DNA of 64,000 nucleotides from an uncultured Erysipelotrichaceae bacterium (GTDB taxonomy: Bacteria > Bacillota_I > Bacilli_A > RFN20 > CAG-826): NCBI GenBank assembly GCA_902798595.1, contig CADBXE010000005.1, forward strand, positions 18,274-82,273, written 5' to 3'. Below the pieces are notes generated by a model, which saw nothing but the letters and a program-made list of their open reading frames with translations, was not told the DNA's origin and did not search any database. The number at the start of each line of letters is the position of its first letter. Position 1 is the stretch's first letter. The position numbers were made by a program, and so were the translations under genes. Below are positions 1-8,393 of this stretch, one piece after another.

Positions 1-1
1 A

Positions 2-457
2 GCTAAGTATCCAAACCTTAATAGAAAAGAAAGAGAAAACGCTCTCGCTAAAGAATATGGTGCCGTTTTCTTAATGCAAATCGGCGCTAATCTTAAAGAT
101 GGCAAACCACACGATGGTAGAGCGGCGGACTATGATGATTGGAAACTTAACGGTGATATCTTGCTTTGGTATGAACCACTTCAAATTGCCTTTGAATTAT
201 CCAGTATGGGTATCAGAGTTAATAAAGAATCATTAATGAAACAACTTAAAGCTAAAGGTGAAATGAGCAAGGTTAATCTTCCTTATCACCAATTAATCTT
301 AAATGAACAATTACCACTTTCTATCGGCGGTGGTATTGGTCAATCCAGATTATGTATGTATTTATTAAAAAAGGTCCACATCGGAGAAGTCCAATCCTCC
401 TATTGGCCTAAAGAAGATATCGAAAATTTTAAGAAATATAACGTTGAACTACTTTAA
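2..457 (+). CDS. asnA: aspartate--ammonia ligase (AsnA-type asparagine synthetase), C-terminal part; 5' end lies outside the window
   Basis: The frame is open from nt 2 ([24 protein letters not shown]...). It carries the AsnA C-terminal motifs RAADYDDW and [19 protein letters not shown]. Confidence 0.85.
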   Translation, partial: AKYPNLNRKERENALAKEYGAVFLMQIGANLKDGKPHDGRAADYDDWKLNGDILLWYEPLQIAFELSSMGIRVNKESLMKQLKAKGEMSKVNLPYHQLILNEQLPLSIGGGIGQSRLCMYLLKKVHIGEVQSSYWPKEDIENFKKYNVELL

Positions 458-1321
458 TAAATTAAGTAATTCGCCAAAGTTGTTGATAAAGAGGTGAGAA
501 TTCATCCTCTTTTCTTTATTGTACTTTTCACTAGCCTTGTCATTAACAGCAACGGTTAAGAAACCTGCTTTATAAGCAGTTTTAACACATGTCGGCATAT
601 CTTCAAGCACTAAAACTCTTTCTTTATCAACATGCATTTGTTCAGCGAGATATTCATAGATTCTTGCGCTATGTTTGCCTTCTTTAACGTTGTTAACATC
701 AGCGATATATGTGAAGTATTTATCTAAGCCAAGTCTTTTAATGCATGGCATATATAATGTATCGTCGTTCGCAGTAGCGATCGCCATTGGAATATTGTTC
801 TTTTTGAGGAATTCAAGAATGGCTAAAGAATAGTCTTTTAGTTTCACATCATTTGCGTACATATCAATGGACATTTGATGCCATTCATCCATGATTTCTT
901 GTTCGCTTTCTTTGATACCATAGGTATTCTTAGTGAACTTCGCAGCTTCCTTTAAACCAAGGTGAACAATGTTTTGAGCGTAATCGTTTGGTAATTCCAT
1001 TCCTCTTTTAGAGAAGAATTTCTTATCAATTTCATGCCATAGACTTGTGGAATCAATTAATGTTCCATCCATATCAAATATAACCGCGTCAAATCGACGA
1101 CCATTTACCGCTAAATAGTTTTGTTCTGGTTTCACTTCGTGGGCTAAAGCAAGGATCAATGTTGGAATAGCCATAATGACTGTCGCGGCAAGGAAACCAA
1201 CACCAAACCAAAATAAAGCACCAGTACTAAAGAAAACAATAGAGGTGATTAAAAGCATTCCTGTAATCACATACAAGATAATTTGTAATGAACTAATCTT
1301 TCTTTTATTTACTTCGCTCAT
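449..1321 (-). CDS. HAD-superfamily hydrolase (subfamily IA, beta-phosphoglucomutase-like) with N-terminal membrane anchor
   Basis: HAD motif I is present as [11 protein letters not shown], with a later [15 protein letters not shown] motif. Two hydrophobic helices sit in the first ~60 aa. The ATG overlaps the TGA of the upstream remnant ORF (ATGA). Confidence 0.75.
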   Translation of the reverse strand: MSEVNKRKISSLQIILYVITGMLLITSIVFFSTGALFWFGVGFLAATVIMAIPTLILALAHEVKPEQNYLAVNGRRFDAVIFDMDGTLIDSTSLWHEIDKKFFSKRGMELPNDYAQNIVHLGLKEAAKFTKNTYGIKESEQEIMDEWHQMSIDMYANDVKLKDYSLAILEFLKKNNIPMAIATANDDTLYMPCIKRLGLDKYFTYIADVNNVKEGKHSARIYEYLAEQMHVDKERVLVLEDMPTCVKTAYKAGFLTVAVNDKASEKYNKEKRMNSHLFINNFGELLNLLK

Positions 1322-1401
1322 AATATTTCTATTTCGCCACTATCAATATGTAAAAGCATATCACCATGAACTATTTTCAGGAAGGATAAAATCGTCGGCA
1401 T
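1318..1401 (-). pseudogene. remnant copy of the birA 3' end (27-codon [30 protein letters not shown])
   Basis: Nt 1324-1369 align with 2036-2078 (the real birA 3' end), with about 5 substitutions and one 3-nt indel. The translation [17 protein letters not shown] compares with bir[17 protein letters not shown]. Confidence 0.5.
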
Positions 1402-1434
1402 TTTTTGTAATGTGATTTGCGAAAGAAACTATCA

Positions 1435-1863
1435 TTACCCGTAAATAGCAAAATGAACAGTGAGATTTTCTGAAAGAATAGATGATTTTAGAAAATTAGT
1501 TGCAAAGCCTGTTTCCTTGTTAAAATCAACAACGAATTGTGTAAAGGACCAATAACCGTCGCCATTTAATTTTGGAACCACATAGTGAAGCGAAGCTGCT
1601 TTGATATTTTCAATTTCTTTTAAAGTTAAATAATAATCTCTTTCATATTCCTTTGTTGTTACAGCAAGTTCATCATCCAAAAAGAAATATCCATTCCCAT
1701 TTCCGCTTTCGTCAAAAGAAAAATTGATAAATGAGTGCTGTACAAAAGTAAGAACTATAGTGTCGTTTCGTTTTGTCTCGCTTGTGCTTTTCTTATCAAC
1801 ACATCCCGTAGTGAGACACAAAGTCGCAAAAAGAGTGCAAACAGCGGATTTGATATTTTTCAT
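1435..1863 (-). CDS. hypothetical lipoprotein
   Basis: Signal peptide with lipobox LTTG-C (MKNIKSAVCTLFATLCLTTGC). I recognise no family for the mature part. Confidence 0.6.
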   Translation of the reverse strand: MKNIKSAVCTLFATLCLTTGCVDKKSTSETKRNDTIVLTFVQHSFINFSFDESGNGNGYFFLDDELAVTTKEYERDYYLTLKEIENIKAASLHYVVPKLNGDGYWSFTQFVVDFNKETGFATNFLKSSILSENLTVHFAIYG

Positions 1864-2023
1864 AATAATGGCTGGCTTTAAATAGTATAAATCTTATGAT
1901 CGTAATTGTGAATAAATCATGAATCAGTCAAATTTTTTTATTTTTTTGATATCATTGAATTTTCTTTTTAAAAACGGTTAATAACTTTTTGGAATATGTT
2001 GATTGTTAAATATAACAATAAAT

Positions 2024-2752
2024 TCATTTATTGAGTATTTCTATTTCACCGCTATCAACATGTAAAAGCATACCATGAGTGGCGACTTGAAGACAAAATG
2101 AATTATCAATTCCCACTACTTCACCAATGAATGTTTGATTATTAACAACAGCCTTAACTCTTTTATTTAATAAATAGTTATGTTTTCTAAAGAATTCTAA
2201 AGACTTATCTAAATCTAAATTAGTTAAAGAATTCACTAGTTCAGGGAATAGCTTTTCTTTAAGTTCTTCGATATTAATATCTTTCTTATGTTCTAAGCAT
2301 AATGATGTCGCTGGTCTTCTTAATCCCTCAGGAAATTTCTTTTGATTAACATTAAGACCAATGCCCACAACCATATAATCAGGAAGTTGACCTTCTGCGA
2401 GAATACCACATACCTTCTTATCATTAATTAAGACGTCGTTAGGCCATTTTATGCTCACATGCTTGATTTTATATGTCTCTAATACTTTTGCGACCTCTAC
2501 TGCGCTTAAAAGGGAAATAATTGGTGATTGTTTTAATAAACTCTCATCCTTAATTAAAAATGAAAACATGAGATTTTCACCCGGTTCACTAGACCAAGTT
2601 CGATCATTTCTACCTTTACCATGACTTTGATAATCAGTGGACACAAAAGTAAAGTTACTTAATAACTTATAAGTATTTTTTATATATGTATTCGTAGAAT
2701 CTATTTCTTGAAAATGAATTTGATGATATTGCATGTGTTTATTGTAAAACAA
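2024..2752 (-). CDS. birA: biotin--protein ligase, group I (catalytic and C-terminal domains only, no N-terminal HTH)
   Basis: Biotin protein ligase (BPL) motifs QSHGKGRNDRTWSS and WPNDVLINDKKVCGILAE. At 242 aa it is too short to carry the repressor domain. Confidence 0.85.
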   Translation of the reverse strand: MFYNKHMQYHQIHFQEIDSTNTYIKNTYKLLSNFTFVSTDYQSHGKGRNDRTWSSEPGENLMFSFLIKDESLLKQSPIISLLSAVEVAKVLETYKIKHVSIKWPNDVLINDKKVCGILAEGQLPDYMVVGIGLNVNQKKFPEGLRRPATSLCLEHKKDINIEELKEKLFPELVNSLTNLDLDKSLEFFRKHNYLLNKRVKAVVNNQTFIGEVVGIDNSFCLQVATHGMLLHVDSGEIEILNK

Positions 2753-2785
2753 AAAAGCCTCCGCTTTAAGCGAAGACTGTTTTTA

Positions 2786-3040
2786 TTACCATTCTTCATT
2801 TGGATAATAGGAAGTTAGTCGACTAATGTTTTCTTTTTCCCCATTTTTGATTTTGCTAAAAGTTTTTGAATCGGATTGAATAAGGAGTGTCTCTAGCATG
2901 CTATTGTAAATATTTTCGGAAACTAAATAGCATCCTTTCCCATCATTACGTTTTATGAGTATAGGAGAGGACGTATCAAGCACTTCTTCCAAGAGCCTAC
3001 TAAAATTTTGTTTTGCTTTCCTAATGTTAACAGTCTTCAT
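2786..3040 (-). CDS. Phd/YefM-family antitoxin-like small protein, orphan
   Basis: The N-terminus MKTVNIRKAKQNFSRLLEEV..PILIKRNDG..YLVS is typical of the Phd/YefM fold. The next gene downstream is birA, not a toxin. Confidence 0.55.
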   Translation of the reverse strand: MKTVNIRKAKQNFSRLLEEVLDTSSPILIKRNDGKGCYLVSENIYNSMLETLLIQSDSKTFSKIKNGEKENISRLTSYYPNEEW

Positions 3041-3104
3041 TTTTTACATTATAGCAAAAAGCACGAGATGATGTCCCGTGCTTATAAATAGTTGGGTTTT
3101 CTAA

Positions 3105-4499
3105 TTATGCAAATAAGAGGAGTAAGACGCCAGCGGCAACTGCGGAGCCAATAACGCCTGCAACGTTTGGACCCATCGCGTGCATGAGTAAGAAGTTGGT
3201 TGGATCTTCTCTTAAACCTTCTTTATGGACGACACGAGCCGCCATTGGAACAGCACTAACACCAGCAGCACCAATCATTGGGTTGACTTTGCCCTTTGTT
3301 AAGAAGCACATTAACTTGCCACCTAACACACCAGCCGCAGTAGCGACGGAGAAGGCAATGATACCTAAGACGAAGATTAAGATGGTATCAACTGTTAAGA
3401 ATGTTTGAGCATCAGCGGTACAACCGACACAGACACCTAATAAGATGGTGACGATGTACATTAAGGAGTTCGCTAATGTATCTCTGATCTTTGGTACGAC
3501 ACCACATTCTTTAATTAAGTTACCAAGCATTAAGCAACCAATTAATGGAGCAGCACTTGGAACGAGTAAGCAGGTAATCGCAGTAACAACGATTGGGAAG
3601 AGAATCTTTTCAGTCTTAGAAACTTCTCTTGGAGTTTCCATTCTAATCGCTCTTTCTTTCTTAGTTGTTAATAAGCGGATGATTGGTGGTTGAATCACAG
3701 GCACTAAAGCCATGTATGAGTACGCCACAATCGCGATAGATGATAAATATTCAGGTGCTAACTTTGTGGTAACTAAGATAGCGGTTGGACCATCCGCACC
3801 ACCGATAATACCAATAGCGGAAGCTGTTCTAGCGGTAAAGCCTGTCCAGCCTAAGCCATTCTTACCTAAGGCAATAGCACCGATGAAGGTAATGAAGATA
3901 CCGACTTGAGCAGCGGCACCTAATAACATAGTTTTTTTGTTAGCAATTAATGGACCAAAGTCTGTGGTCGCACCAATGCAGAGGAAGATTAAGCAAGGAT
4001 AAATGCCCCACTTAACTCCGTAATATAAGTATCCGAAGATACCGGTGTAGTCATAACTATATAAGTGGTCAATATTACTAGCCATTGTGGTAGCAACATT
4101 TTCTGAATAACCGAATCCCACCATTTTGTTAATGAAATCTGGACCCATGACTAATTTATGTAAATCAAGGGTTGTAGCTTCGCTTGTGCCTAGTAAGTCA
4201 AAGACATGTCCAGCAGCTTCTAGGTCAACGCCTGATACAGCGCCTGCAAGTTTTGTGGCGTCGTACAGTGTTGTACCTTTAGCGAATAATTCATTAGCGA
4301 CACCTGGTAAGTTAACGAGTAACATACCAAATGCAATTGGTAAGAGTAAGTATGGCTCAAAATCTTTCTTAATAGCGAGGAATAAAAGCACACACGCTAC
4401 TAAGATCATGATTAAATTGAGCCAGCCTCCTTGTTGGAAAAAGCCTGCTATACCGGAACCTTGGAAAAACGCGACAATTGTATTCCAAAATTTTTCCAT
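3105..4499 (-). CDS. oadB: Na+-translocating decarboxylase beta subunit (OadB family)
   Basis: Polytopic 464-aa protein with OadB/GcdB-like segments (IGIIGGADGPT, LLGAAAQVG, MGPNVAGVIGSAVAAG). It is the last gene of the oad cluster. Confidence 0.85.
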   Translation of the reverse strand: MEKFWNTIVAFFQGSGIAGFFQQGGWLNLIMILVACVLLFLAIKKDFEPYLLLPIAFGMLLVNLPGVANELFAKGTTLYDATKLAGAVSGVDLEAAGHVFDLLGTSEATTLDLHKLVMGPDFINKMVGFGYSENVATTMASNIDHLYSYDYTGIFGYLYYGVKWGIYPCLIFLCIGATTDFGPLIANKKTMLLGAAAQVGIFITFIGAIALGKNGLGWTGFTARTASAIGIIGGADGPTAILVTTKLAPEYLSSIAIVAYSYMALVPVIQPPIIRLLTTKKERAIRMETPREVSKTEKILFPIVVTAITCLLVPSAAPLIGCLMLGNLIKECGVVPKIRDTLANSLMYIVTILLGVCVGCTADAQTFLTVDTILIFVLGIIAFSVATAAGVLGGKLMCFLTKGKVNPMIGAAGVSAVPMAARVVHKEGLREDPTNFLLMHAMGPNVAGVIGSAVAAGVLLLLFA

Positions 4500-4513
4500 A
4501 ATTCTTTTTTCCG

Positions 4514-4858
4514 TTATTCAATAGTAATAATGACTTCTTTGGCCTTAACGTTTTGACCTTTGGTCACTAAGATTTGTGCAATTTGACCTTCAAATGGAGA
4601 AACAACTTCGTTTTCGAGTTTCATTGCTTCGATAATCACTAAGACGTCACCTTTCTTGACTTTATCGCCAACTTTAACTTTGACGTTTGTGACTTGACCT
4701 TGGATTGGAGAAGGAACTTCTTTGGCACCATTGGTGTTCACAATCTTATTTGTTTCTTGTTTTTTCTTTTCTTCTAATGGAACTGTATCCACTTGTTCAA
4801 TGGCTTCGAGTTCAACACGGTACGCTTTACCGTTAACTTTAATTTTATAAATCTTCAT
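4514..4858 (-). CDS. biotin carboxyl carrier protein (stand-alone biotinyl domain)
   Basis: Biotinyl-lysine motif IIEAMKLENEV in a ~70-aa lipoyl/biotinyl fold. It lies between the oadG-like gene and oadB. Confidence 0.8.
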   Translation of the reverse strand: MKIYKIKVNGKAYRVELEAIEQVDTVPLEEKKKQETNKIVNTNGAKEVPSPIQGQVTNVKVKVGDKVKKGDVLVIIEAMKLENEVVSPFEGQIAQILVTKGQNVKAKEVIITIE

Positions 4859-4861
4859 AAA

Positions 4862-5164
4862 TTAGTCCTCAATTCTTTTAATTGAAACAATACGTACTTC
4901 TTTCCCTGTTTCACGATAGAACTCCATTGAGGCCACTAAAGCGGCAACAACAGCGTTTTGATCTTCGCTAAGAATCTTATTTTCTTCCTTAGGTAAGATG
5001 TTTGTGGAGGCATCGAATTTCTCCATACCTTTTTGCATCGACCAAGTAATGAAAATGATAATAGCGAGAACAAGGAAGACGATGAATATAGCAATAACAG
5101 CAACCAATAAGGCATCGACTACTGTCATTGAACTCCAATCACTCCACACTGCTAAGACGTTCAT
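4862..5164 (-). CDS. OadG-like decarboxylase gamma subunit
   Basis: 100 aa with a single N-terminal TM helix and a C-terminal AVVAALVASM segment, as in OAD_gamma proteins. Its position is between the alpha subunit and BCCP. Confidence 0.55.
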   Translation of the reverse strand: MNVLAVWSDWSSMTVVDALLVAVIAIFIVFLVLAIIIFITWSMQKGMEKFDASTNILPKEENKILSEDQNAVVAALVASMEFYRETGKEVRIVSIKRIED

Positions 5165-5166
5165 AA

Positions 5167-6537
5167 TTAAGCCTCAACGTGGATGACGGTTGGAATCGCA
5201 TCTTCATTTCTTTGTTCAATGAATTTGATAGCGACATCGCCAAATAAAGCGATGGATAAGACATCTTCATCACTCTTAGCGATATCTTTGTATTGTTTCT
5301 TTAATTCCGCAAATTCTGGTTTGAGATCGTCAGCTGGACGATAGTCGATGACTTTGTCATCACCGATAATCTTATGTCTGATTTCTTCATCAACTGGTGC
5401 TGGGGATTTACCATATCTACCGTGTAAATATTCGTTGATTTCCTTTGGCACCATCTTATATCTTTCACCAGAAAGAACATTTAAAACGGCTTGTGTACCA
5501 ACCATTTGGGATAATGGGGTAACAAGTGGAGGATAGCCCATATCCTTACGGACATTTGGAACTTCCGCTAAAACTTCATCTAATCTATCAGAAGCATCTT
5601 GTTGCTTTAATTGGTTGATAAGGTTAGATAACATACCGCCTGGAACTTGGTATTTAATAATGTTCGCATTGACGGACAAAACTTTTGGATTTAATAAACC
5701 GTTAGCAATGTATTTAGCTTTGACTGGGGCTAACTTTGTAGCAGCAGCATTTAACATAGCAACGTTAAGTTTTGGATCATATTCTGTACCTTGAAGAGCG
5801 AAGTTAAGTGATTCGGTACATGGTTGAGATGTACCACCACTCAATGGGCTGATTGCGCAGTCGACAATATCAACGCCCGCTTCAATAGCTTTTAAATATG
5901 TCATTTCACATAAGCCACCTGTGCAGTGACTGTGTAATTCGATTGGTAATTTGGTGTTCTTCTTTAACGCACTGATTAATTCATAAGCAGCGGTTGGCAT
6001 CATAACACCGGCCATATCTTTGATACAAATGCTATCAGCACCCATCTTTTCGATTTCTTTGGCTAAGTTAACATAGTATTCAACAGTATGGACTGGAGAA
6101 GTTGTATAACTTAAAGCGATTTGGCATTCACCACCATATTTCTTAGTGGCTTTGACCGCACATTCTAAGTTACGGATATCGTTTAAAGCATCGAAGATAC
6201 GAATAATATCGATACCGTTCTTGATGGATTTTTCAACGAACTTCTCAACGACGTCGTCAGCATAGTGACGATAGCCGAGGATGTTTTGACCACGGAATAA
6301 CATTTGTAATTTGGTTTTCTTACAAACTTTCTTAGCTAATCTAAGTCTTTCCCATGGATCTTCATTTAAGAATCTTAAACAAGCATCAAATGTGGCACCA
6401 CCCCAAATTTCAATGGCGTGATAACCAACTTGGTCAAGTTCCTTGAGCGCACAAAGAACTTCTTCGGTGTTCATTCTTGTGGCAAATAATGATTGGTGGC
6501 CATCTCTTAGGCCAGTTTCAACAATTTTGACACCCAT
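5167..6537 (-). CDS. oadA: oxaloacetate decarboxylase alpha subunit / carboxyltransferase (5S, PycB-like), without a fused biotinyl domain
   Basis: Motifs ETGLRDGHQS, IKDMAG and ELHSHCTGG of the pyruvate carboxyltransferase TIM barrel. I chose the ATG at 6537 (a TAGGA RBS overlaps the pckA stop); the ORF-track start at 6543 is TTG. Confidence 0.85.
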   Translation of the reverse strand: MGVKIVETGLRDGHQSLFATRMNTEEVLCALKELDQVGYHAIEIWGGATFDACLRFLNEDPWERLRLAKKVCKKTKLQMLFRGQNILGYRHYADDVVEKFVEKSIKNGIDIIRIFDALNDIRNLECAVKATKKYGGECQIALSYTTSPVHTVEYYVNLAKEIEKMGADSICIKDMAGVMMPTAAYELISALKKNTKLPIELHSHCTGGLCEMTYLKAIEAGVDIVDCAISPLSGGTSQPCTESLNFALQGTEYDPKLNVAMLNAAATKLAPVKAKYIANGLLNPKVLSVNANIIKYQVPGGMLSNLINQLKQQDASDRLDEVLAEVPNVRKDMGYPPLVTPLSQMVGTQAVLNVLSGERYKMVPKEINEYLHGRYGKSPAPVDEEIRHKIIGDDKVIDYRPADDLKPEFAELKKQYKDIAKSDEDVLSIALFGDVAIKFIEQRNEDAIPTVIHVEA

Positions 6538-6545
6538 AAACAATC

Positions 6546-8153
6546 CTATTCAGCTTTTGGACCAGCTTTGACTAAGGCTTTACCAGCTTCGTTAGATTCA
6601 TACTTAACGAAGTTCTTGACGAATCTGGAAGCTAAATCAGCGGCTTTTGCATCCCAATCAGCTGGGTTAGCATATGTATCTCTTGGGTCTAAGATCTTTG
6701 GATCGACACCTGGTAATTCAGTTGGGACTTCAAAATCAAAGACAGGAATTTTCTTTGTTGGAGCTTTATTGATAGAACCATCTAAGATAGCATCGATGAT
6801 ACCGCGGGTATCTTTGATGGAAATACGTTTGCCTGTACCATTCCAACCAGTGTTGACTAAGTAAGCTTTAGCACCACTGACTTTCATCTTCTTGACTAAT
6901 TCTTCGGCATATTTTGTTGGATGTAATTCCAAGAAGGCTTGACCGAAGCAAGCAGAGAATGTTGGTGTTGGTTCAGTAATACCTCTTTCGGTACCCGCTA
7001 ATTTGGCGGTGAAACCGCTTAAGAAGTAGTATTGTGTTTGTTCTGGAGTGAGGATACTCACTGGAGGTAAAACACCGAAGGCATCAGCACTTAAGAAAAT
7101 AACGTTCTTAGCGTGTGGGCCGTGAGAAATTGGTTTAACAATCTTTTCAATGTGATTGATTGGATAAGAAACACGTGTGTTTTCTGTGACACTCTTATCG
7201 GCGAAGTCAATTTTGCCGTTAGCATCAACAGTCACGTTTTCTAATAAAGCGTCTCTACGGATAGCTCTGTAGATATCTGGTTCGCTTTCTTTATCTAAGT
7301 TAATGACTTTAGCGTAGCAACCACCTTCGAGGTTGAAGACACCATTGTCATCCCAACCGTGTTCATCGTCACCGATGAGTAATCTCTTTGGATCGGTTGA
7401 TAATGTGGTTTTACCTGTACCAGATAAACCGAAGAAGATGGCGGTATTTTCACCATTCATATCGGTGTTTGCGGAGCAGTGCATTGAGGCAATGCCCTTA
7501 AGTGGTAAGTAGTAGTTCATCATGGAGAACATACCTTTCTTCATTTCACCACCGTACCATGTATTTAAAATGACTTGTTCTTTGCTTGTGATGTTGAACG
7601 CAACACATGTTTCAGAGTTAAGTCCTAATTCTTTATAGTTTTCAACTTTGGCTTTAGAAGCTGTATAAACGATGAAGTCTGGTTCAAAGTTCTTTAATTC
7701 TTCTTCTGTTGGCTTAATGAACATATTTCTAACGAAATGTGCTTGCCAGGCCACTTCCATAATGAAGCGGACCGCCATTCTTGTATCCTTGTTAGCGCCA
7801 CAATAGGCATCAACAACGAACAATCTCTTTTCAGATAATTCCTTTTGAGCAAGAGCTTTGACTTTAGCCCAAACGTCTTCACTCATTGGGTGGTTATCAT
7901 TCTTGTAACCTTCTGATGTCCACCAAACTGTGTTTTCACTGTTCTTGTCGACGACAATGTATTTGTCCTTTGGGGATCTACCTGTGTAGATACCAGTCAT
8001 GACATTAACAGCGTTAAGTTCAGTGACTTTACCTTTTTCGTAGCCTTCTAAGCTAGCTTTTGTTTCTTCTTCGAAAAGAAGATCGTAAGAAGGGTTATAA
8101 ACCACTTCTTTTACATTTTTGATTCCATATTTACCTAAATCAATATTTGGCAT
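6546..8153 (-). CDS. pckA: phosphoenolpyruvate carboxykinase (ATP)
   Basis: Full-length match to the ATP-type PEPCK pattern ([27 protein letters not shown]). Confidence 0.95.
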   Translation of the reverse strand: MPNIDLGKYGIKNVKEVVYNPSYDLLFEEETKASLEGYEKGKVTELNAVNVMTGIYTGRSPKDKYIVVDKNSENTVWWTSEGYKNDNHPMSEDVWAKVKALAQKELSEKRLFVVDAYCGANKDTRMAVRFIMEVAWQAHFVRNMFIKPTEEELKNFEPDFIVYTASKAKVENYKELGLNSETCVAFNITSKEQVILNTWYGGEMKKGMFSMMNYYLPLKGIASMHCSANTDMNGENTAIFFGLSGTGKTTLSTDPKRLLIGDDEHGWDDNGVFNLEGGCYAKVINLDKESEPDIYRAIRRDALLENVTVDANGKIDFADKSVTENTRVSYPINHIEKIVKPISHGPHAKNVIFLSADAFGVLPPVSILTPEQTQYYFLSGFTAKLAGTERGITEPTPTFSACFGQAFLELHPTKYAEELVKKMKVSGAKAYLVNTGWNGTGKRISIKDTRGIIDAILDGSINKAPTKKIPVFDFEVPTELPGVDPKILDPRDTYANPADWDAKAADLASRFVKNFVKYESNEAGKALVKAGPKAE

Positions 8154-8340
8154 ATGTTTACTCCTCTTTCTAAGCGTTTACCCGAAAAACGCCCAAATCG
8201 AGACCATTGTATCACAATTATTTATAAATAATTAATAAAAACGGTAAAAAATATTAATGGCGAAAGAAATAAAAGGACAATAAATGGAATTTATTTGAGT
8301 TGTTTTTTCTCGATGTGACCACATTTTATTTTCTTTCAAT

Positions 8341-8377
8341 ATAAAAGAAAGGCGAATTGGTTGCCCTTTTCGCCTTT
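8341..8377 (-). terminator. intrinsic terminator after protease paralog 1
   Basis: Minus strand reads AAAGGCGAA-12 nt-TTCGCCTTT followed by CTTTTAT, 17 nt after the stop. Confidence 0.7.
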
Positions 8378-8393
8378 CAAATTAATCATCGGA

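Noticed and set aside
2753-3104. Search for a toxin partner (Doc/YoeB/RelE/ParE-like) next to the YefM-like gene
   Set aside because: The flanks hold only 33 nt before birA and 64 nt after oadB, and no ORF of the required size exists on either strand. I therefore make no call of a complete toxin-antitoxin module.
8169-8182. cre-like sequence (minus strand GGTAAACGCTTAGA) just upstream of the pckA RBS
   Set aside because: It has two mismatches at conserved outer positions of the TGWAANCGNTNWCA consensus, and no further cre-like sites occur at the GH3 genes. That is too weak to call without a genome-wide matrix scan.
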